Source: Trichoplax adhaerens | Taxonomy: Eukaryota; Animalia; Placozoa | Reading direction: 5' to 3' | Assembly: GCF_000150275.1 (NCBI RefSeq) | Contig: NW_002060951.1 | Span: forward strand, 2,775 to 66,774 | DNA length: 64,000 nucleotides | Shown here: piece by piece, positions 56,501-64,000 of the stretch | Position numbering within the stretch: position 1 is the first letter of the stretch | Layout of the letters: each line of letters opens with the position of its first letter | The notes under the pieces: model-generated | The model's input: only the letters and a program-made list of their open reading frames with translations | Database searches by the model: none | Told to the model about the DNA's origin: nothing | Made by a program: the position numbers and the translations under genes

Positions 56501-58450
56501 AAGCTATTTCTTACTTTGATCGAAAAAAAACGACTTTATCAAAAAAATCTTTAGATTACCGGATTTTACTGGTCCATCTTCGCGGCAATTATCACCATTT
56601 GCATAATACAGTTGTCATGGTAAGCTAAGAAATCAGGTTTTGATCATTTTAGTTAACTAACTGGATTACCGTGTTATATAAATTATGGAAAAGCTGCGTT
56701 AATATTTATTGCCAACTACTAGGGCATTTTCGGTACTGTACATTGTGCCTCAACAATGCCAAGATATTTCACCAGTTATGGCCTACCATCTTGGCTATGA
56801 GCCCAACAATACAGCAAATTGCAATGTATCCCTGTCTTGGTATGAGATTTTTGAAAATTTTTGCTTCCTACATTTATAAAGTATAAAAGTTGTTATAATT
56901 ATTACTGCAACTACCCAGTTCATCAACTTTTTGGACTACTGTGTATCTTACCATAACTTTCTAGGGCCCATAAAAATGGAATAATTTCCACAATACCTTT
57001 AGCAGAGGTACAACAGCTAAACACGATCCATTCTGCTCGTTTAGCTTTAACAATAGCTACTTCATAGGCACTCAATTAATGTAATATTTATCATCTAGAA
57101 GGCAAAAACTCTATAATTTATTAACTAAAGCTTTGATTTATATAGCTGTTGATTCATTACTTGATTAGATTATTCAAACCAATTATCCTCACTTCGATTG
57201 GTTATCAGTCTTTAGCGGTGTTACTATGGCTTATGCCTTATGCGTTATTTTTATGGGGGATGCCTTACCTTTATTACACTCTTGTAAGATTTGTAAATCA
57301 AGCATAGCATACCAAGATAATTCCTTCATAAATCTGATAGTAACATTTAAATACTATAGTGTTTATAGCCGGATTTTAGTAATTAGTAAACTTAGATCAT
57401 GTACGATAATTGTGACAAAAATTTATTACAATCCAATTTCAAAATTATATATTACGATACGTATGTAGTATCAGATTAACCGATTTCGAGATAGCTAACT
57501 ATCAATTTGGTTAATTTTTGCATTTGAATAATGCTTAAACAATAAATGCAAAGTTGGTGGATTAGCTCGACGACTATGTGGCGTTTGGCAAGATGAAACT
57601 AGCTGTGATTTTACAAAATTAGATAAAAAGACACGAATAAAAATTACGTAAAAGAACTGCAATTCTGCTTTTATGTTAATAGACGAAGCGTTAACTCAAG
57701 GGAGTAATATTCTAATTGCCATACCTGTGATAAATTTTGTGATAATATAGATTAACAAATTGGGCAATCGATCTTGCTGCTTTCATCCTCATCTTCTTGA
57801 TAGCCTTATTTAATCCAAAGGTAGGTTGTTGATCTTTGATAAAAGTCTATAATTAGATTTATAAACCAAACACTTTCTTATTAACAAGAAGTCATCACAA
57901 AAACATCTTACATAGAGGATAACTGACGCATTATAACTAGTATTATTACGCATTTGTGCCGTTACAACTTTTTTAAATTCTGCAATTTGATCAAAATTTT
58001 TCAAAAGGCTTTTATAGCGGTAATTAGCTATGGAGCCGCTTTTGCCGATAACATTATGGCCTTACTTGTATCTCTTATGGTTTATCGAGCCGGTGTAAAT
58101 CCAGCAATGTGAGATTATTTCTATTGGCTAAACCCTATTATTCTCTGATACTAGCAATGTAGAGTGAGGAAATATAAAGTTTTCTGCACCGTTCATTCAA
58201 AAATTTTAGTTGTGCTATCGTCACCAGTACCTTACATATGCAAATATTGCTATTGAGTACAGTCATAGAGGCTAATCATATCTATAGTTGATTTCTAATC
58301 AACTTATTAACTCTGTCCTTTAGGAATTTCAAGATTCCAATTCCGATGAATAAACCAGCAAAAATTATGACCGTTCTCATGATAATTTATTTCATTTCTG
58401 CTGTAGTTTTAGATATTGTTAATGTTGCTATTTATCTATCTAAAAAGTAA
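53549..58450 (+). CDS. Amino-acid permease-like multipass protein (APC superfamily, Trp/Tyr-permease-like); first exon/start not located
   Basis: Exons join in frame: ..KALPTLLSRSGPFPLMVNIIIATIMQ|GTLVFIFTTILQQAR..|MELDE..|..LASSEAIAQVIGV|..VIPFNFWIL..|..YLYLTFTLG|GWPNY..KKE|ITGFYWSIFAAII..W|AFSVLYIVPQQC..|..NGIISTIPLAE|IIQTNYPHFDW..|..|..KAFIAV..|NFKIPIP..YFISAVVLDI..KK*. About 11 hydrophobic segments; family call from memory. Confidence 0.65.
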
Positions 58451-59699
58451 ATTACCTTAACATGGAGCTGTTAACTCTAGCTATGACAAGTACAGCACTC
58501 AAATTAGATGTATAAATCACAATATTACCTTTTAAGCAAATATCCTTAACTCTAAATTACAGATATTTTTATATAAACTGCTGACTGTATTCTGACATTG
58601 TAAACCTTAAATTTGAATTTCCACTCCGTTAGTCTTTTTACGGTGTTTTATTGCTTATTTATACCGAAATAACTTCAAGTAGAAATTGGATAATATGAGG
58701 GTTATAATATAATTTATACAGTAACTTTATAGTAATGTATTTTTTCTTTAACATCTGGCTATGCAAAACATAAGCTATTGCTAGTGTGCTTCAGTAACAA
58801 AACAACTAGAAAATATTTAGATGTTAATTTTAATGAAAAATTACCTTGCTAGTACGGTATTAGGTTACATCTAAAATAATCGAATAGTGAGATAGAATAT
58901 CTAAAAATTGATGTTCTTAAAATGATCTATTAGATATTGTAACGGAATTTGTCGTCTTATACATTACATTGTTTATTTATGTACATAAATAATAACTTAA
59001 TCCTTAAAAGTATAAAAATCTTTTTTAAAATAATTACTTAGTATGTGTTACGAGCTAGGAATAGCCCTAACTTGCAACAAGGATTGAGAAGATAATTTTT
59101 ACCGTTTACTACTGTTATTTGGAATACCAGGTAATTTGTATACCAAGGCAGATAGGGTTTAACACAGGAAGACCTTCAAGACTTACTAGAAAATCATAAT
59201 CTAATTTATTGTCGGCGAACTCGCCGTTTATGTAGGTTTCGGACCTAAAAGTGGTTTAGCTACATAAGTCACCTCGTCTATTAGAAATTAACCAAATTAA
59301 TACCCTAAAGACACTCTATCTATACAGATTAGATACAACCTAATCCTATTAAATTTACTTTAACATTAGTAAAATAATTAATACTTATTAATAATTTAAC
59401 AGATACATATAAAGCTATCCTACTAAGACATTTCCTCTAAACTTAGGAATTGCACTTTGAACCTTAACAACCTTGGAGATGATAGATATAATTCAGTTTA
59501 GCTGGTCGGCAATTACTATTTTAGTCTATGTAATCCTAAATTAAGGATATCAACTTTTAACCTCTAAAATTACAATTAAGGAGACAGCAAAACATTTCTG
59601 AGATATAAGCATATATAGAACGTAAAATAGAAATAAAGTATATCTCACGAAGATTACTTTCGTGCCAATACGTCATAATAGCCAGTAGCATGTCGCAAA

Positions 59700-61790
59700 T
59701 TCGATTCGATTACTAATATCATATCGGTGTTTACAATAAACTCAGTCCTCGGTTTTGCAAGCTTATATCATGGTATTGCTTATACAAACTTATTGTTCTC
59801 TATATCAGATAGCACACGATTTTGGGAATAAATAAATGATACGGAATCCAAGTACAGATTCAACGCATATAATTAGAACATGAGAAAATTGCTATGATTT
59901 TCTTCCTTCTGCTCTAACTCTGAAATTAGTTAATAAATTCTGATCGTTCATCAACCTAGTAACACAGTGTTATCTGAATGGGTAGATTGTGATGAAACTG
60001 TTGCTAATAATAACAGACAGGTGGTATATCTTTTTGTGTTAATACCAAATTACTCGAAAGTGCCTCGACTGGAGTAAGACCACATGAAAGAAGTAGTTTT
60101 AAGTGACTGGGTAAATAGTAGGGGAAAACTATTTCTGACTATTTTTTAAGCGCTATAAGACGAAGAACTTTATTCCAGTTTGTTTCATATAGCAAGGCTA
60201 TTCTTTAATCTAGCTATACAGACCATCTAAAATTGTTGCCAGTCATACAGATAGATCAAATTATTTATTTACTATCATAAACTACGAATCTCTAAAGTAC
60301 CCCGGTAGTAACCCTAGATGAATTAAAGGCAGTAGAAAAATAATTCAGAGTTCACTACAAGTACGACATGATTAGGATAATAACATAAGGCACATTACTG
60401 AGAATGATTAACAGAAAAGCCTGCTCATCAATCTACCTACAGCTTATTTTCCACAGTGTTGTCAGTAGTTGAAAATATTACGGATAATTATAATAATAAT
60501 CTGATAATCACACTAGCCCGTATCTTCACTTGTTGCCCATTATTTCCCAAATTAGATCCACATTGTTAATCAAAATAAGAGAAAGAACCAGAACAGATGT
60601 TTACGGTTGTGTTTGATCTGTCCTTACATGTATATACACATGGTCGTATGCTTCGTCTATCTACATCCGCAGGTACTTTTGACCTTTGATTCTACATGGC
60701 GTAGGAGTTACTAAATTGTATAACAAAGACTACCCATATGGATTGAAACTTATAAGTAGGAACCAACTGCTGATAAAACGGTAGAGAACACTTAAACCTT
60801 AAACCTTCGAATTAATTTGTAAGCTATTATTTACACACATGAATAAAGATTTATAAATTTCCTCGCTACTACTAGGTTCTTTGGTATTGACCTATCTTCA
60901 CAAAATGTATAGTTTATTACATAAACTTTATTCTATCTTTCAGATTTTATCCGCTTCAGACTACAAATCGTTTTCGTATGATCTTACCTGAAATTAAAAC
61001 CCAGAAGGTGATATATCCTTGGAGAAAAATTTACACAAGTATATGTACATTTATGTAGTGTATTTAGAATATACTGTAACTATATTCTACTCTTAAATAT
61101 AAACATATTGTATTGCTCTTATATTTAGACAGATCTACAGTCCGCTTAGTCTACATTCATATATAGACTACTGTATTTAGTTATTACGGTACTCGCTGTT
61201 TTCTACAATCATCTGCTATTTTGTAACCTGTTATGGTATATGTTGTATCTACTTCCACAATCCTATTCTCTGCATGTGCTCTATCTTTAAAACTATAAAT
61301 ACCGGCGATTTCTACCTCAGAGTTCATTAGCCTCTCAGTTAGTCTTCTAGTTAGTCTCTCACAGTCTAATACTTCTACTCGTTACTCACGACAGCTTGCA
61401 CGCTGATCTACCGTAACTACCTCACTGTACTTCACATTACTAACCTACAATAAAGCATAACTTTTATAAACCCTTCGTTGCAATAATTGTAAATGGCGAC
61501 TAAATCTCAATCCTCTGAGATATCGAATCCTCCATCACAATTTACAAATCTATATGCGAGTGAGAACTTGCTTTGATACCTTGATATCCAAATTTTTTTA
61601 TTAATTTTTACAGTTTTTATTTGACTTCCTTATAGACTACAAGATAAACCTTCTACTAGCCCTACGTCGGTATTCTATCAATTTAATATTTTGTTTAAAA
61701 AGCAAAGAGTAGTCTCATTTACTAATGGTGAAATCACATGGTCGCCTTCGCCATTTCTTTGACGAATACTACAAATATTTCATTATCTGT
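59700..61790 (+). pseudogene. Heavily degraded transporter-like remnant (SLC22/MFS-like)
   Basis: Fragments PSNTVLSEWVDCD (cf. SLC22 TIVxEWDLVC) and MILPEIKT (cf. LPE motif), hydrophobic stretches, many stops and frameshifts. Confidence 0.3.
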
Positions 61791-62152
61791 AAGTAAAAAA
61801 AGTTTCTAGCTACATATTATTATAAGTGTTTGTATTTAAATAGCGGAAAAAATCCCTAGTATTGACTACTTGCACGATATCTAACAGTCTATGTTCCAAA
61901 TTACATATTAATTATACAGCAATTTGAATATTCGTTTTAAATTAGTCTTCGAAATTTCTAGAGCTTACAATATTACGGATATATGAAAAGATTATCTAGG
62001 TACCAGCAATTAAATATATCCCTTCTTACTAACAGTTATTTCTGTTTCCCAATCTTTTTTACAAATTGACTTGCCCTGGATAATAATTATTGGCGGCCTT
62101 TTTAAAATATACTACTTAACTTGCGCCAACTGATGATACAGATGGATATTAT

Positions 62153-64000
62153 ATGAGTGAAAATGTCGTTGGCTCACCAGGAGGTAGGAAGTGTCGATGT
62201 CGGAAGAGAATTGCAGACGAGTTTATGCATTCATCTGATAATTATAATTTGTTAACCAACTTTTCATAATATCATCAATATAGCCATACCCGACGTTATT
62301 GCTCACTCTGGAATACCACCGTTAATTGTCAGCTTTGCGATTAACGCCATAATGCAAGTATGTGTTAAAAAGAAGGAAACGAAAAAATAAACTTCATAAT
62401 GGATCATTCTAATAAATAATATTACGCTCCATGCCTAAAAATTGATATGGATACCGTATACCTCTTTAAATGTATGCAATCACGACTATTTAAATTTTAA
62501 CACTTTTTTTTAATTATTGGCTAGGGTTCACTGCTCTTTGCATTTATGACATTGATACAGCAAGCTCGTATCATTTTATTCGCCAACATCGATATCTATC
62601 AATCTAAGGTAAGATGGCAAATTTATAAATACGAGTAATGCTGCGCGAGTATGTGCCTAAAATCTTTTCGATTGATAGTTTAAACTGCTGAGACTATAGA
62701 TATAAAAGACGCTAATATATCTTACGGATCGAATTAAAACAGGGAAAAAATAATGATGAAGAATTACCTATGCTTCCACCCATAAGCTTACAAGAAATTG
62801 ATGAGAAAAATGAAGAAGATCAGTCAGCAGTAAATTGTAGCTCAATTGGTGGTATATTTCTACCCACTATTGGCCAGTATATGTTCAGCATTCTCGTCGT
62901 ATTTATTCTGTAAGTTTGCCTGTCTAATCTTCGAAGTATGACTTACAGATCGGATTTGGTCCGAGTTTAATTTTCCTATTAAAGATTTTTGTTAAACCAA
63001 TTCCTTGTTGCTGTCAATTTTTGGCCTTGGCTCATTAAACTGCTAATTTGTAACGCTACTGCAATACGATAGAAGTATATACAATTATTGTATCTAGAAT
63101 GTTGCTTGAAATGGCATATATCAATATCTTGTGATATTATTTCATATGTAATTTACAAGTGAGCTAATTACCTTAACATTTTAGTGATACCAACAGCTGA
63201 ATTACGTAACTCTTTCTCACCTGTATACACCCCAGTCGTAGAATCGGTGATTTCTTAATCTAGCCATTGCCGGAATAATGATTGCGCTGAAAGTGGTACT
63301 AATTGCCATTAATAAATAACTTATTAAGCTACTGCTGTAAAATGCATACCATTGTGATGGTAGTTTGTAATTATTAATTGGCTTATCGCCATCCATTTCG
63401 ATCTATGTAGACAATTGGTCATATCTAAAGCTAATTTATTCGCTACATAATGCAGCTAAGAATCCTATTAATCGCCGTTTGCTTATTGAACACAATTGAC
63501 ACCAATCATGGTTATTCTGTTTATTCACAAAATAGTATGTCTCGTCGCTATTATTGCTATTTTGGAACATTTGCCATATATAAACCTTATTATTTCGTAG
63601 TTTATGCAGCGAGTATAAAGTTTATATCTATATACCCTTTTACTTTCTTGACATTACTATAACAAATATGAGCTATCATCATTAATTTTTCTTATCAATA
63701 GACAACAATTTTAAATAATCGATCTGCTGTAAGCCTCAAAAATTTCCCACTTGATGCAATGGCATTGATACTAATATGCCTTTTATTAATTTAAAGACTG
63801 TTGATATTACTACGATTATCATCAGACTTTATGAGATGATGAAGTCATTTACTGACTGAAATCACTAACTACGTTAATTACTTTTTTGCCTATGTTAGCT
63901 AGCAATGATGCCTCTCATTTTATTTATTTAAATTTTGATTTTTTCTAGGATGGGTGCCCTTGTTGCTGATACTTTAGGAGCGTCACAGAGTTTAGCATCA
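62153..64000 (+). pseudogene. Second permease paralog, first exon disrupted; continues beyond window
   Basis: IAIPDVIAHSGIPPLIVSFAINAIMQ|GSLLFAFMTLIQQARIIL|..AVNCSSIGGIFLP..|LMGALVADTLGASQSLAS, with the same exon borders as the 53549-58450 gene. In-frame TAA at 62253-62255 (or a frameshift) upstream of TM1. Confidence 0.6.

Overview
AT-rich, intron-dense eukaryotic DNA. It reads as an early-branching metazoan; a placozoan-like origin is my inference from composition, intron sizes and gene content, not a demonstrated fact. No prokaryotic features, CRISPR arrays, tRNA/rRNA or intact transposons were recognised. Genes in order: (1) the 3' part of a giant type-I membrane receptor on + (1-15437), with repeated SRCR/EGF exon cassettes followed by NIDO-AMOP-VWD(GDPH)-EGF array-SEA-EGF-TM-tail, the last ~1,645 codons in one 4.9-kb exon; (2) SARAF (+), containing an AT-AC minor-spliceosome intron; (3) OXCT1/SCOT (-); (4) a prostanoid-receptor-like class A GPCR (+); (5) BTF3 (+); (6) PIGW (-); (7) MUTYH (+); (8) REX1BD/C19orf60 (-); (9) a decaying tandem region of amino-acid-permease-like genes and MFS-like remnants (52-64 kb). 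The strongest unexplained non-coding signal is a set of islands of 5-bp-periodic, GTAC-centred palindromic repeats (TACAG/CTGTA). They sit at the inferred 5' ends of the housekeeping genes, and one is capped by a perfect nested hairpin with two AP-1-type sites. Gene models were spliced by eye, so exon borders may be off by a few bases. Family calls come from remembered motifs, not searches.
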